A stretch of DNA of 64,000 bases from a virus (taxonomy: Duplodnaviria > Caudoviricetes): positions 1-64,000 of the IMG/VR virus record IMGVR_UViG_3300005934_000002. The stretch is one strand, 5' to 3'. The notes under the pieces were generated by a model. The model ran no database searches. It saw only the letters and a list, made by a program, of their open reading frames with translations, and was not told the origin of the DNA. Positions 6,664 through 18,800 of this stretch are shown here, in pieces. Positions within the stretch are counted from its first letter, which is position 1. The number at the start of each line of letters is the position of its first letter. Made by a program: the position numbers and the translations under genes.

Positions 6664-7530
6664 ATGGCAGATACATTTGATTTTAACGAGTTTAAAAAAC
6701 CAATTACAAGCGGCGACATTATAGACGCTACTAAATCTTTTGCGGCCCAAACAGTTGACATATTACAACAGGGCGGTAAAGGGTTTATGAAATCTATTCG
6801 TTCGCGAACTATTCCTAACGACGGTGAGCCAACAGCGATTGAATTAACCAGTGCTTCTTGGGCACAAGATCCTAATTCAAAAGATTGGAGAGTCAAATTA
6901 AGTATACCTCCGATTAAAGCATTTACAGACAGTCCTTACATTAGACGATTGATTGATTCTACGGGCGGATTGTGTTTTCCATATACGCCTACAATTATTA
7001 TGTCTCATCAAGCAAGTTATAATGCAATTACACCAGTTCATAGTAATTATCCGTTCTTTGCTTATCAGAACTCAAGTGTGGACGCAATGACACTTACAGG
7101 TCAGTTTATTGTTCAAAATAGTTTAGAAGGTGAATATTGGGTAGCAATGTTACACTATCTAAGAAGTATTACAAAGATGTTTTATGGAAGTGGATCAAAT
7201 ACAGGATCTCCTCCACCTATTGTAAAATTAAATGGTTATGGAGATTATGTTTTCAAAGATGTTCCTGTACTTGTTACTAACTTTACTATTGATATGCCAA
7301 CAGATGTTGATTACCTTGCAGTAGATCTTGACTTTGGATTTAATGGAAACAACAATTTCAATACTGTTACAGGTAGTACTGATAGAGCAAGAGTTGCTTA
7401 TGTTCCTGTAGAAAGTCAAGTAACAGTTTCATTACAACCAATCTATTCAAGAGCAGAAGTTGAGAAATTTAGTTTAGATAAGTTTGTTAATGGCGGATAT
7501 ATTGGTCCAGGACAAAGAGGGTTCATTTAA
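6664..7530 (+). CDS. Baseplate/tail-tube initiator-like protein (T4 gp48/gp54-like)
   Basis: FPYTPTI...YQNSSVDAMTLTGQF...PPPIVKLNGYG...VPVLVTNFTIDMP pattern typical of tube-fold baseplate proteins; first gene of the baseplate operon. Confidence 0.6.
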   Translation: MADTFDFNEFKKPITSGDIIDATKSFAAQTVDILQQGGKGFMKSIRSRTIPNDGEPTAIELTSASWAQDPNSKDWRVKLSIPPIKAFTDSPYIRRLIDSTGGLCFPYTPTIIMSHQASYNAITPVHSNYPFFAYQNSSVDAMTLTGQFIVQNSLEGEYWVAMLHYLRSITKMFYGSGSNTGSPPPIVKLNGYGDYVFKDVPVLVTNFTIDMPTDVDYLAVDLDFGFNGNNNFNTVTGSTDRARVAYVPVESQVTVSLQPIYSRAEVEKFSLDKFVNGGYIGPGQRGFI

Positions 7531-7823
7531 TGGCAAATAATTCACCTTGGGGTAAAACACGTTTTGTAAAAAATCAATATTTAGGAATTCTTCAAATTAG
7601 ACCAGTTCCTGAAGAAGGCGATGATGTAGTTTATGAAATACAGCCACAATATCATCAAAGACCAGATTTGTTAGCCTATGATATGTACGGTGATCCAAAA
7701 CTTTGGTGGGTATTTGCTCAACGTAATATGAATTCGTTGAAAGATCCTGTTTATGATTTTAGATCAGGTTTAGAGATTTACGTTCCAAAGGGTAGCAGAC
7801 TTCGAGAATTATTAGGGGAGTAA
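7530..7823 (+). CDS. gp53: Baseplate wedge protein, gp53-like (LysM-like fold)
   Basis: YHQRPDLLAYDMYGDPKLWWVFAQRN motif. Confidence 0.75.
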   Translation: MANNSPWGKTRFVKNQYLGILQIRPVPEEGDDVVYEIQPQYHQRPDLLAYDMYGDPKLWWVFAQRNMNSLKDPVYDFRSGLEIYVPKGSRLRELLGE

Positions 7824-7827
7824 GCAA

Positions 7828-10305
7828 ATGGCTAACAAACCTTCAGCACCACCAGGAAGAGATCCAACTTCCATTATCAAAGATTTACTCAAAGACGAGT
7901 CGTTTGTATCAGAAGCAAACAAAAGTGCTAAAGAATTTAACGACGGCGAGTATGGCGCAGTTCCTAAAGACAGTGAAAATATAAATGTTGATGCAAATCC
8001 TATTGACACTACTGTAGAAGAAGATAAAAAGCCTACAAATAAACCAGAAGAAAAAGTAGTAACAGGTGTTGCAGGACCTCCAAGCAAAATAACTATACCG
8101 CCTCAAAAAGTTGCGTATACCGCTGACGGTAGAGTTCTTCAATTACCATTACCAAACTCTTTAAAAAAGTTTGCCAGTTATAACTATCGAATCGGTTTGT
8201 ATGCTTTAACAAATGACGAAATTAATAACCCAGATGGAACTTATAGAATTAAACGTCCTGCCAATGCTATTTTACAAAGTGGTGGCGGACTTGGTGACAG
8301 TAAAGTTTTAACAGCATATGAAACTAATGGAAAAAAAATAGAATTCTTTTGCAATAGTTTAGAAATTGAATCTTTAATTTCACCAAGCAGAAAAAAAGGG
8401 ACAACAAATGCTGTTGGTTTTCGTTTAGAAATTAATGAGCCTTACAGTATGGGATTGTTCTTGCAGGCTTTACAAATTGGAGCATTTCAAGCAGGACATC
8501 ACAACTATCTTGAATCGCCATTCTTACTAACTTTGGATTTTGTAGGGTTTGACAACGACGGTAATCCTCATAGTGTTCCAGAAGCAACTAAGATGTTACC
8601 TTTCAAACTTGTTGGTAGTGACTTAGAAGTTACAGCAGGCGGAAGTGCATATGTTGTTGAAGGGGTTGCTTATAATGAAGGAGCATTAAAAGATGCTACA
8701 CAGACGATACCTTGTGATGTAACATTAGTAGGAACTACACTTGAAGAACTTTTACAGAGTAGTCCTAAAAGTTTAGCAAATGAACTTAACAAGTATCACG
8801 GTAAAAAAGCAATAGACAAAACAATATCAACAGCAGATCAATATTTTGTTGTGTTTCCTAAAGACCGTGCAACAAAAGGAAATCTTACAGGAAACAATAG
8901 TGACGGCGGAGCAGGCGCAACTACAGCAACTAATAATAACTCGGCAGTAAGTGTTAGCAGTGGATCAGCCGCACGTAGTAAAACTGATCAAAAGGCTATT
9001 GAAGATATTTTTAAATTATTAAAAACAGGTGATGTAGACCCAGCCATGACAGAAGCATATCTTGATTATGTAAACACACTGGTTACAACAACAGCACTTG
9101 GTCAAGAAATTACTGATAAGCAAACTGGTAAAGAAAATGCAAACGCTATTGGAAATGCAAAAATGTTTAGACTTGAAGAGTTAGGAAGTACAAGTCAACC
9201 GTTTGGTGATGCTGGATTTACCTGGGACAAAGATAAAGGTGTATGGAAAAGAAGTAGTGGTCAGTTGCAGATTGTACCCGGACTTGGCGAAATAAAATTT
9301 ACACAAGGAACTCGAGTACAAGATATTATTGAAGAACTTATTATATTAAGTGACTATGGTAGATCAATTGTAGACGCACCAAGTGATGCTAACGGATTTA
9401 AAGATTGGTTTAAAATTGATACACAGGTGTTTAACATTACAGATCCAGAAACTGAAAAGAAAACAGGCCAACCACCAAGAATTTATGTGTTTAGAATTTT
9501 ACCTTATAAAGTGCATGAAGCAAAATTCCTATCACCTGATAAAATACCTTACGGTATTAGAGCATTAAAAGCACAGGCGTGTAAAGAATACAATTATATC
9601 TACAGTGGTAAGAATGATGATATTATTAATTTTAACATTAACTTAGATAATTCATTCTTTAAAAGTATTTCACCGGGTGTACTTCCTAAACTTAATGTAG
9701 AAGAAGGATCAAAAGAAGGCGAAAACCCTAACCAAAAAGTTGAACAAACACCTGCAGATAACGATCAATTAATTTCAGGAAAAGCAGGACCTGTGTTAGA
9801 AAACAATGCACGTGCCGCAGGTGCTGTTAACGTTGACGATATGCGGATTGAAGTAGCAAGACGTTTCAATGATGCCATTGTAAACTCCAACGTTGACTTA
9901 ATTACTATTGAGATGGAAATATGGGGAGATCCATACTATATTGCTGATAGCGGAATAGGTAATTACAACTCAGAAAACACAGAGTTTATTAACATTGATG
10001 CTGACGGCAGTATAGATTATCAATATGGTGAAGTTGACATTATTATTAATTTTAGAACACCAGTTGATTACAAAGAAAACGGCATGATGGGTTTTCCTGA
10101 AGAAACAATTGACGTCGATGCATTTAGTGGACTATACCAAGTCACCATAGTGAGGAACAATATTTCAGGCGGTGAATTTAAACAAACACTTGAATGCGTT
10201 AGAAGACCAAATCAATATACTAAGAAACCTGCCGCACAAAGTGGTGAAAAATCCACACAAGAAATTAAAGCGGATGCCGCTGGTAGGGTTCTGGGAGGAA
10301 CATAA
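7828..10305 (+). CDS. Baseplate hub protein (gp27/VgrG-N-like)
   Basis: 825 aa, located between gp53 and the gp5-like gene; C-terminal EMEIWGDPYY...FSGLYQVTIVRNNISGGEFKQTLECVR pattern typical of hub proteins. Confidence 0.6.
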   Translation: MANKPSAPPGRDPTSIIKDLLKDESFVSEANKSAKEFNDGEYGAVPKDSENINVDANPIDTTVEEDKKPTNKPEEKVVTGVAGPPSKITIPPQKVAYTADGRVLQLPLPNSLKKFASYNYRIGLYALTNDEINNPDGTYRIKRPANAILQSGGGLGDSKVLTAYETNGKKIEFFCNSLEIESLISPSRKKGTTNAVGFRLEINEPYSMGLFLQALQIGAFQAGHHNYLESPFLLTLDFVGFDNDGNPHSVPEATKMLPFKLVGSDLEVTAGGSAYVVEGVAYNEGALKDATQTIPCDVTLVGTTLEELLQSSPKSLANELNKYHGKKAIDKTISTADQYFVVFPKDRATKGNLTGNNSDGGAGATTATNNNSAVSVSSGSAARSKTDQKAIEDIFKLLKTGDVDPAMTEAYLDYVNTLVTTTALGQEITDKQTGKENANAIGNAKMFRLEELGSTSQPFGDAGFTWDKDKGVWKRSSGQLQIVPGLGEIKFTQGTRVQDIIEELIILSDYGRSIVDAPSDANGFKDWFKIDTQVFNITDPETEKKTGQPPRIYVFRILPYKVHEAKFLSPDKIPYGIRALKAQACKEYNYIYSGKNDDIINFNINLDNSFFKSISPGVLPKLNVEEGSKEGENPNQKVEQTPADNDQLISGKAGPVLENNARAAGAVNVDDMRIEVARRFNDAIVNSNVDLITIEMEIWGDPYYIADSGIGNYNSENTEFINIDADGSIDYQYGEVDIIINFRTPVDYKENGMMGFPEETIDVDAFSGLYQVTIVRNNISGGEFKQTLECVRRPNQYTKKPAAQSGEKSTQEIKADAAGRVLGGT

Positions 10306-11837
10306 TGGCACAGGATAAACGTACCGCCGGTAGTGAGGTAAAACTCAGTTACGGTCCATATATAGGAAGAATAATAGGACACCTTGATCCTAACTATATG
10401 GGTGCGGTTGAAGTGCAATTAATCAAGTTCAACACATCAAGTAACCAAGACTTAGAAGGTCAAACATTTAAAGTTAAATATGGTGGTCCTTTTGCAGGAC
10501 AAACTCCTGCTACTGGCTTAACCAAGAACGAAGGTTACAAGTACACACAACAAGCATACGGCTTTTGGATGACACCGCCTGATATAGGCACAAGAGTAAT
10601 TGTTGTGTTTATTGAAGGTCAAGCAAACTTAGGTTTTTGGATTGGTTGTGTACAAGACAACTACATTAACTTTTCAATGCCTGATCGAGTAGCAACAAGT
10701 CATTACAGTGGAGCACCAACTACAGATGGCAGTAATGACAGTATTGCAAACACAACAAAAGTAGTAGTTGGCGAAATAAACAAAAAGAATTTATCTGATA
10801 ATCAAGGTAACGATCCTACAAAATTTAAAAAGCCTATTAACGAAGATTGGATGTCTATTCTACACAGTGCAGGATTAAGTTCTGATGGCACACGTGGATT
10901 AAGCAGTGCCAGTGCAAGACGTGAAGTACCGAGCATGGTATTTGGTATTTCAACTCCTGGACCGTATGACAAGCGTCCTGGATATCAAAAAGCCAAGTAC
11001 GGCACCTCTGGTGCTTCAGCAGATATTCCATTCGGCCGCCTCGGCGGAACGCACTTTGTTATGGACGATGGAGATGACAAATTTTTACGTAAAGGTCCGG
11101 CAAGTAACACAGCAAAAGCATATGCAAGTGTAGGTAAAGAAGAAACAGACGGCTTACCTCAAATACCAGCAAATGAACTAATGCGTATTAGAACACGTAC
11201 CGGTCATCAAATACTTTTTCACAATTCAGAAGATTTAATACGTATAGATCACGGTAGTGGTAATACATGGATTGAAATGACTGCTAATGGTAAGATTGAT
11301 ATCTATGCAAAAGACAGTATTAGTATGCACACTGAAAACGATCTAAACATTACTGCTGATAGAGACATTAACATTCATGCAGGACGCAAGACAAATATAT
11401 TAAGTGAAGACGATATCCAGATCCAAACAAACCAAGATATGACAACGCTTGTTGAAGGTAGCACACAGTTAACTACTAAAAAAGATTATGATGTTAATAC
11501 AGGAGGCCATAACTGGTTTACAGCAGGAGGTCCAACTGATATCTTAAGTGGAGGCAACCATACAGAAACCGCACCGAACATTCACATGAATGGGCCGCAG
11601 GCCGCTACCGCTGTCGCAGTAACTCCGTTAAGCACACACGTAGTACCGGGTTTTACCGCTACCGCGGTTGCTTCGCTACACAAACGCTTACCACAGCATG
11701 AGCCGTGGGGACACCATGAAAACGTTGACCCTATTACGTATAATTCAATATCACTTGATCGTGAGAATGATCTTTACATTAAGTCGTCTCCGGATATAGA
11801 TACATTGCCAGATACATTTAAAAAGGATGGTGCGTAA
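10305..11837 (+). CDS. gp5: Central baseplate spike, gp5/VgrG-like (OB-fold plus beta-helix)
   Basis: N-terminal GPYIGRI..DP..MG.VEVQL...YGFWMTPPDIGTRVIVVF...FWIGC OB-fold, then GHQILFHN and beta-helix repeats; His-rich C-terminus. Confidence 0.8.
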   Translation: MAQDKRTAGSEVKLSYGPYIGRIIGHLDPNYMGAVEVQLIKFNTSSNQDLEGQTFKVKYGGPFAGQTPATGLTKNEGYKYTQQAYGFWMTPPDIGTRVIVVFIEGQANLGFWIGCVQDNYINFSMPDRVATSHYSGAPTTDGSNDSIANTTKVVVGEINKKNLSDNQGNDPTKFKKPINEDWMSILHSAGLSSDGTRGLSSASARREVPSMVFGISTPGPYDKRPGYQKAKYGTSGASADIPFGRLGGTHFVMDDGDDKFLRKGPASNTAKAYASVGKEETDGLPQIPANELMRIRTRTGHQILFHNSEDLIRIDHGSGNTWIEMTANGKIDIYAKDSISMHTENDLNITADRDINIHAGRKTNILSEDDIQIQTNQDMTTLVEGSTQLTTKKDYDVNTGGHNWFTAGGPTDILSGGNHTETAPNIHMNGPQAATAVAVTPLSTHVVPGFTATAVASLHKRLPQHEPWGHHENVDPITYNSISLDRENDLYIKSSPDIDTLPDTFKKDGA

Positions 11838-11842
11838 CAGCA

Positions 11843-11850
11843 CATAAATA
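11843..11850 (+). promoter_or_regulatory. Late-type promoter (CATAAATA)
   Basis: Lies 5 nt before the ATG of gp25, with no SD sequence between them. Confidence 0.65.
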
Positions 11851-11855
11851 TTGAT

Positions 11856-12302
11856 ATGAGTAGTTTAGAAAAAGACACAATTAAGACTGTAAAAGTTAAG
11901 GAAAATCTAAAGCAAAAACCCGTTGTTAAACAACAAACGTACAAAGGGTTAAGCACAGTAAATCCTGACAATATGTCGTATACACTGTACGACATTGGTC
12001 TAATTAAACAAGATCTACTAAACCACTTTCATATACGTCAAGGAGAAAAATTAGAAAACCCTGAATTTGGAACAATTATATGGGATGTCTTATTTGATCC
12101 GTTAACTGAAAATCTAAAAGAAGCAATAGCAGATAATGTAACAACAATTATAAACAGTGATCCAAGGATCAGTGCTACAAGAGTTATTGTTGACCAGTAT
12201 GAGAGTGGTATTCAAATTGAGTGCGAATTACAATACCTACCATACAATATTTCAGAGCAAATGAAGTTACAGTTTGATCAAAGAAACGGCTTTTTAGATT
12301 AA
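11856..12302 (+). CDS. gp25: Baseplate wedge subunit gp25 (GPW/gp25 family)
   Basis: IKQDLLNHFHIRQGEKLENPEFGTIIWDVLFDP...DPRI motif. Confidence 0.88.
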   Translation: MSSLEKDTIKTVKVKENLKQKPVVKQQTYKGLSTVNPDNMSYTLYDIGLIKQDLLNHFHIRQGEKLENPEFGTIIWDVLFDPLTENLKEAIADNVTTIINSDPRISATRVIVDQYESGIQIECELQYLPYNISEQMKLQFDQRNGFLD

Positions 12303-12330
12303 AGAATTAAGTACTCTGTTAACGGAAACA

Positions 12331-12338
12331 AATAAATA
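12331..12338 (+). promoter_or_regulatory. Late-type promoter (AATAAATA)
   Basis: Upstream of the GAGG RBS and the ATG at 12358. Confidence 0.6.
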
Positions 12339-12357
12339 CTTATAACGAGGAAAGCAA

Positions 12358-15300
12358 ATGTCAACAACAGATAGACAAAATAGACTGTTACTTGCTGAAG
12401 ATTGGAAGCGGGTATACCAAACATTTAAAAACGCAGACTTTAAGTCGTACGACTTTGATAGTCTACGTCGGACAATGATCAACTATCTGCGTGAAAATTA
12501 TCCAGAAGATTTTAACGATTACATTGAATCCTCAGAATACCTTGCACTAATAGATTTAATTGCATACTTAGGTCAAAACCTTGCTTTCCGTGTAGACTTA
12601 AATGCAAGAGAAAACTATTTAGAATTAGCAGAACGCCGTGAAAGCGTGTTACGTTTAGCAAGATTGCTTTCCTATAATCCTAAGCGTAACCAAGCGGCAA
12701 ACGGCTTATTAAAATTTGAAAGTATTCAAACGTCAGAAGAAATAACAGACAGTAATGGTGTTAACCTTTCTAACCAAACAATTATTTGGAATGATCCAAG
12801 CAATCCTGATTGGAGTGAGCAGTTTAGAAAAGTATTAAATGCCGCTCTACCAGAAAATGCAATTATAGGAAGACCTGTTAAAAAATACACAATTAACGGA
12901 ATTACTACTGAGCAATACAGATACAATGCAACTAACACAAATTTACCAGTTTATAGTTTTAATAAAAACGTTGGTGAAAAAAATATTGTGTTTGAAGTTA
13001 CAAGTGCAGGTATCACAACAGACAAAATTTACGAAGAAGATCCGTTACCAGGAAATAGTTTAGCATTTTTGTATAGAGAAGATGGCAAAGGTGCTGGTAG
13101 TTCTAACACTGGATACTTTGTGCATTTTAGACAAGGTGTATTAGATAACGGAACATTTACTATTACTACTCCAACAACTAATCAAACAGTTGCTATTGAT
13201 GCAACAAACATTAACAATTCAGATGTTTGGCTTTATAAATTAGATAGCAACGGAAACGAAGAAGACCTATGGACAAAGGTTGATGCTGTTGAAGGTAATA
13301 ATGTTATCTATAACAGTTTAAACAAAAACCAAAGAGATATTTTTACAGTTCTAACAAGGATTGAGGATAGAATTAGTTTATTGTTTGCAGACGGTACGTT
13401 TGGTAACCTACCTAAAGGTAGATTTAGAGTTTATTACAGAAAATCTCTTGGTAGAAAATTTTCAGTAACTCCAGAAGAATTATCAAACATTACAATTTCT
13501 GTACCATACGAAAGTAGATCAGGAAGTAATGAAACTCTTAATATTGTTTGTTCTTTAAAGTACACAGTTGACAACGCAAGTGCAACAGAGTCAGATGCCA
13601 GCATTAAACAAAATGCTCCATCAACTTATTATACACAGAACAGAATGATTACAGGTGAAGACTATCAAGTTGCACCAAGATCAATCAGTCAAGAAATTAT
13701 TAAGAGTAAAAGTATTAATAGAACATCAAGTGGTGTTAGTAGATACTTTGATTTAATTGATGCTACAGGAAAATATTCAAGCACAAACATTTACGGCAAT
13801 GATGGTATAATTTACAAAGAAGTTCTTGATAAAAAAGTTAACTTTACATTTGTTACAAGAACAGATGTTGAAGGTAGAATTGAAAACGTAGTACAACCAA
13901 TCTTGCGTGATATATTAGTTAGAAACTTTTATTACAGTGAGTTTCCAAAAACATCAGCAGTTGATTTAAATGCTACTTGGACACAGGTTGCAAAACAAAC
14001 TAATAACTCCAGTGGTTATTTACAAGATACAAATAGCATTAAATTAAGCACAGGTACATTTACAGGAAGTACATTAAGATATTTAGAACCAGGAGCACTT
14101 GTTAAGTTTATTTCTCCAGCAGGAAAACATTTCATGACAAATGACTTTAACAAGTTAATGGATGGTCCTGCAGATCATCCTTATGCAACAACTGTTCTTT
14201 GGACTAAAGTTATTCAAGTAAATGACGATGGTACTGAAAACTTTGAAGACGGCCAAGGACCGATTATTTTCAATGATGTAGTTCCTACTGGAGCACTCCT
14301 ATCTGAAATTAAACCTAAATTTGCTACAGCATTAACAACAGATGTAATTTCGCAAATGATTGATCAAATTTTTGCATATAAAACATTTGGAGTACGTTAT
14401 AGTTTAACAGATAGAGAATGGAGAGTAATTTTAAATAATAACCTAAGTATTAGTAATGCATTTAATACAGGTAGATCAGGTGATACTTCAAATCAAAACT
14501 TAGACTCAAGTTGGTTATTATTATTTGAAACAGACGGAGAAAAATATACTATTACATATAGAGGAGTAAGGTATGTTTTTGAAAGTGATAAAGAAGTAAG
14601 ATTCTATTATGACGAAACAGATCAAATTTATGACAGTAGAACAGGTAAAATTGTTACTGACAAAATTAATTTGCTATCAATTAATAAAAAGCCAGATGTA
14701 GTAGAGCCGTTTACGGTTGATTATCCTTGGCAAATTACTAAAGAATACAGAGACGAAGAAGGTTATGTTAACAGTAAAAAAGTAGAAGTAAGTTTCTTTG
14801 ATAGTGATGCCGACGGCATTATTGATAATCCTGATTCATTTGAAAGATTTGTTGAACCAAGTAACAACTCATTAACTAAGTGGGTGTTTGCTAAAGAAGA
14901 AATTACAAACAATCAATCAACAAACTTTAACTATGTAGACGCACAATCTGAAAATATTGTAGTTTACGAAACTGAGTCAGCAACTGGTCCGTTATCTGTT
15001 TTTAATAATGGTACTATTTTTTACTTTGTTGATGCAGATATCTTTAAACAATATTCATCAACAACAGGAGTGTTATCGTTAGTTACAAACTATAAAGCAT
15101 ACAAAGGAAGAGATAAAATTAAATTCCAGTACGTTCACAGTGCAGACGAAAACAGCAGATTAGATCCAAGTAGTACAAATATTATTGATACGTATTTGTT
15201 AACATCAACGTATGACAAACAGTTTAGAGAATATCTAAGCGGTGTTCGTAATAGCAAACCTTTCCCACCAAGTTCAGACGAATTATTTCAAAACTTTGGT

Positions 15301-15804
15301 GCAGAAATTAATAAAATTAAATCAATCAGTGATGAAGTAGTATATCATCCTGTAAAATATAAAATTTTATTTGGTAATAAATCAGAAACTGATTTACAAG
15401 CAACCTTTAAAGTAGTTAAAAATCCAGAGCAAGTAACTAATGATAATGATATTAAATTGCGTATTATTACAGCAATTAATCAATTCTTTAGTTTAGAATA
15501 TTGGGACTTTGGAGATAAATTTAGTTTCTCTGAGTTAGCAACTTATATAATGAATTCGTTAGCACCTGATATTAACACTATTGTATTAGTACCAAATCAG
15601 ACTGAAAAAGTTTTTGGAAGTTTATATGAAATTACAACCGAAAGTGATGAGATCTTTATTTCAAGTGCTACCGTAGATGATGTAGAAATTATTGACAGTA
15701 TTACAGCATCAAGACTAAAAGCAAATGGTAATATTGTAACAACAGCAACAACAGAAAATGCAGGTATTACGTCGAGTTCGAACACTGAAGGAAGTAGTTA
15801 CTAA
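12358..15804 (+). CDS. gp6: Baseplate wedge subunit, gp6-like
   Basis: DFDSLRRTMINYL...FNDYIESSEYLALIDLIAY...ARENYLELAERRESVLRLARLLSYNPKR and later QNRMITGEDY motifs. Confidence 0.88.
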   Translation: MSTTDRQNRLLLAEDWKRVYQTFKNADFKSYDFDSLRRTMINYLRENYPEDFNDYIESSEYLALIDLIAYLGQNLAFRVDLNARENYLELAERRESVLRLARLLSYNPKRNQAANGLLKFESIQTSEEITDSNGVNLSNQTIIWNDPSNPDWSEQFRKVLNAALPENAIIGRPVKKYTINGITTEQYRYNATNTNLPVYSFNKNVGEKNIVFEVTSAGITTDKIYEEDPLPGNSLAFLYREDGKGAGSSNTGYFVHFRQGVLDNGTFTITTPTTNQTVAIDATNINNSDVWLYKLDSNGNEEDLWTKVDAVEGNNVIYNSLNKNQRDIFTVLTRIEDRISLLFADGTFGNLPKGRFRVYYRKSLGRKFSVTPEELSNITISVPYESRSGSNETLNIVCSLKYTVDNASATESDASIKQNAPSTYYTQNRMITGEDYQVAPRSISQEIIKSKSINRTSSGVSRYFDLIDATGKYSSTNIYGNDGIIYKEVLDKKVNFTFVTRTDVEGRIENVVQPILRDILVRNFYYSEFPKTSAVDLNATWTQVAKQTNNSSGYLQDTNSIKLSTGTFTGSTLRYLEPGALVKFISPAGKHFMTNDFNKLMDGPADHPYATTVLWTKVIQVNDDGTENFEDGQGPIIFNDVVPTGALLSEIKPKFATALTTDVISQMIDQIFAYKTFGVRYSLTDREWRVILNNNLSISNAFNTGRSGDTSNQNLDSSWLLLFETDGEKYTITYRGVRYVFESDKEVRFYYDETDQIYDSRTGKIVTDKINLLSINKKPDVVEPFTVDYPWQITKEYRDEEGYVNSKKVEVSFFDSDADGIIDNPDSFERFVEPSNNSLTKWVFAKEEITNNQSTNFNYVDAQSENIVVYETESATGPLSVFNNGTIFYFVDADIFKQYSSTTGVLSLVTNYKAYKGRDKIKFQYVHSADENSRLDPSSTNIIDTYLLTSTYDKQFREYLSGVRNSKPFPPSSDELFQNFGAEINKIKSISDEVVYHPVKYKILFGNKSETDLQATFKVVKNPEQVTNDNDIKLRIITAINQFFSLEYWDFGDKFSFSELATYIMNSLAPDINTIVLVPNQTEKVFGSLYEITTESDEIFISSATVDDVEIIDSITASRLKANGNIVTTATTENAGITSSSNTEGSSY

Positions 15805-18800
15805 TGGCATATGATAACGATCAGAACGAGTTTCCAATAAACCCAGACGGTGAAAACGAAAAAAGAACCAGTCTAAGTCACCTACCTCGTTACTTTAGAA
15901 CTCCGGCAAATAAAAAGTTTTTATCAAGTACACTTGATCAGTTAGTTCAACCAGGTGTAGTTGAGAAACTTAATGCATACTATGGTAGAAAAAATGCAAA
16001 GGCATTTTCAGCAGATGACAACTATGTAGGTGATGTAACAAAGCAAAGAGAAGATTATCAATTAGAACCAGCAGTTGTTATTAAAGATGATGTTGATAAT
16101 GTTACATTTTACAAAGACTATAACGATTTTATAAATCAGTTAAGATCTTTTGGAAACAATAATCCAGATCATAGTAAAATTAATACACAAGAATATTATG
16201 CATGGAATCCGCATATTGATTGGGATAAGTTTGTAAACTTTAGAGAATATTATTGGCTTCCAAGTGGACCACAAGTATTACCTATTTACGGACAATCAAA
16301 AGAAGTAGTTTCAACGTTTAAAGTATCATTGGAGGAGAATGATGACAATGTAGTCTATAAATTTACGCCAACTGGGTTAACACAAAATCCTACTTTAAAA
16401 CTTTACAAAGGTCAGACTTACATATTTGAGATTGACACTCCTGGACATCCTATTGCGTTTGCAACTAACAGAGCCTTTACACCAGGACAAGCAATCATAA
16501 CAGAAACTGTTGAAGGGGTGTTGGCACCTGGTAAGTATGAAGCAGAAATTTATGACGCAGACGGATACGACACTGGTGAATACATAGTAGAACCAGTTGA
16601 AGGTGGTATCACAGGATTTACAGAAGGCGACAACATTTCTACACTTTACACTGATGGTGTAGAATCAGCAACGGTGTTTGTTGAGAAGGGAACACTAAAA
16701 TTTACAGTACCATTAGATGCACCTGACAGGTTATTCTACATTAGTAAAAACGATGTTAATACAAGTGGTACAATTTTAATGTATAACATTTTAGAAAATA
16801 CTGCAATAAATGTAGAAGAAGAGATCTTACAAAAGAAAACATATACAACAAGAACTAACGTAGATTTGTCAAACGGTATGCTTGTTGAATTCCTTGGTGA
16901 TGTAACGCCTGCAAAATACGGAGAAGGAACTTGGTATGTTGAAGGTGTTGGAGAAAGCATTCAACTTATTAACAAAACAGATTTAGAAATTACAGGCGAA
17001 TATAGTGCTAACTTGTTTGTACCATTTGATAGTGAAAACTTTGACAAACTACCTTTTGGTCAAGCATTAAACTATCCTAAGGATAAAGATTATATTACAA
17101 TTAATCGTGCTTCTATTGATGGAAACCCCTGGTCAAGACACAACCGATGGTTCCATAGACAAACTATTGAAGCAGTTGCAACAGCAAACGGAACACAACC
17201 TGATCTTGATCAAAATCAACGTGCTAAAAGACCTATTATTGAGTTTGATGGAGGTTTAAGACTTTTTAACTTTGGTTCTAAATTTAAACAAAACGTTGAT
17301 CTAATTGATGATAAGACAAATGATGTATTTTCAATTATTGAAGGATCAATAGGTTATAATGTTGACGGAATTGATTTAATTGACGGTCAACGTGTACTGT
17401 TTACAGCAGATCCAGATATTCGTGTAAACGGTAGAATTTACAAAGTAACTTTTATTAATCATCTTGGAACAAGACAGATTGCATTAAAAGAAGAAACTGA
17501 TACAGACCCGATTACCAATGAAACTGTTTTAATTAAAAACGGTGTTGAAAACCAAGGTAAGATTTATTGGTACAATGGTACTAAATGGGTAAAAGCACAA
17601 GACAAGTTAACAGCAAATCAAGCGCCAGTGTTTGATTTATACGATTCTACAGACGAATCATTTCAAACGTATAATAGCAATACGTTTGCTGGTACAAAGT
17701 TGTTTTCTTATAAACAAGGTACTGGTACAAACGACACTGAATTAGGTTTTCCTTTATCATATAGAAATATCGAAAATAGCGGAGACATTGTTTTTAACTT
17801 TGATCTGTTAAATGGCAAATTCACATATCAAGTAGGACAGCAGACTTTAACACAAACAACAGATGTTGCTACTTTAAGAAAGTATACAGATCTAAACACA
17901 TACACAAGTGTAAGTGGTTGGAAAAAAGCAGTAACAGAGAGTAAACAAAAAGTTATTAGACAGTATGTTGTTGAAGGTCAAAAAAATAATTTTGCAGTTG
18001 ATGTTTTCAATAGAAGTGGAGATCTTAATCAATTAGATGTAAAAGTTTTTGTTAATAATGAAAGACGAACTGATTGGGAAATTAATAGAGAAAACGGAAT
18101 TGCATATGTAACTTTTACAAGTAATTTAGCAAGGAATGATAATGTTATCTTACACTGCACAAGTGAAGCAGATAAAAATGACAACGGTCATTATGAGTTT
18201 CCTATTAACTTAGGTAACAATCCTCTAAATGAAAATATTCAAAATTTTACATACGGCGAAGTAGCAGATCATGTAACAACGATTATTGAAAACGTAGACG
18301 GATTTGTTGGAAAGTATCCTGGAAGTAGTAATTTACGTAACTTAGGTCAATTGGCTGAGTACGGTACAAAATTTGTACAGCATTCAGGACCGGCGTCACT
18401 TGCATCTTATCACATTACAAATAAAAATTATAACGTAGTAAAAGCGTTACGTTTTGCAAGAAAAGAATATGCTAAATTTAAAAGATCATTTATAAGCATT
18501 GCAAATGAAATTGGTGTTGACGGAACACCAAGATATGTAGTTGATGAAGTAATTAAAAAATGGCAGTCAGAAAAATCTAAACAAACAGCATTTTACTGGA
18601 CTGACATGATTGGTAACGGTGCAAATAATAAACGTTCATTTAGTGTTACAGACCCAGGTAATAAATTTTATAGTTTAACAACTCCGTTTAATTTAAAAAC
18701 TGTAACTGCTAAAGCAGTTTATGTTTACTTAAATGATTCGCAGTTATTACACAATAGAGATTATATTTTTACTGACGCTGGGTTTATACAGATTACAGAT

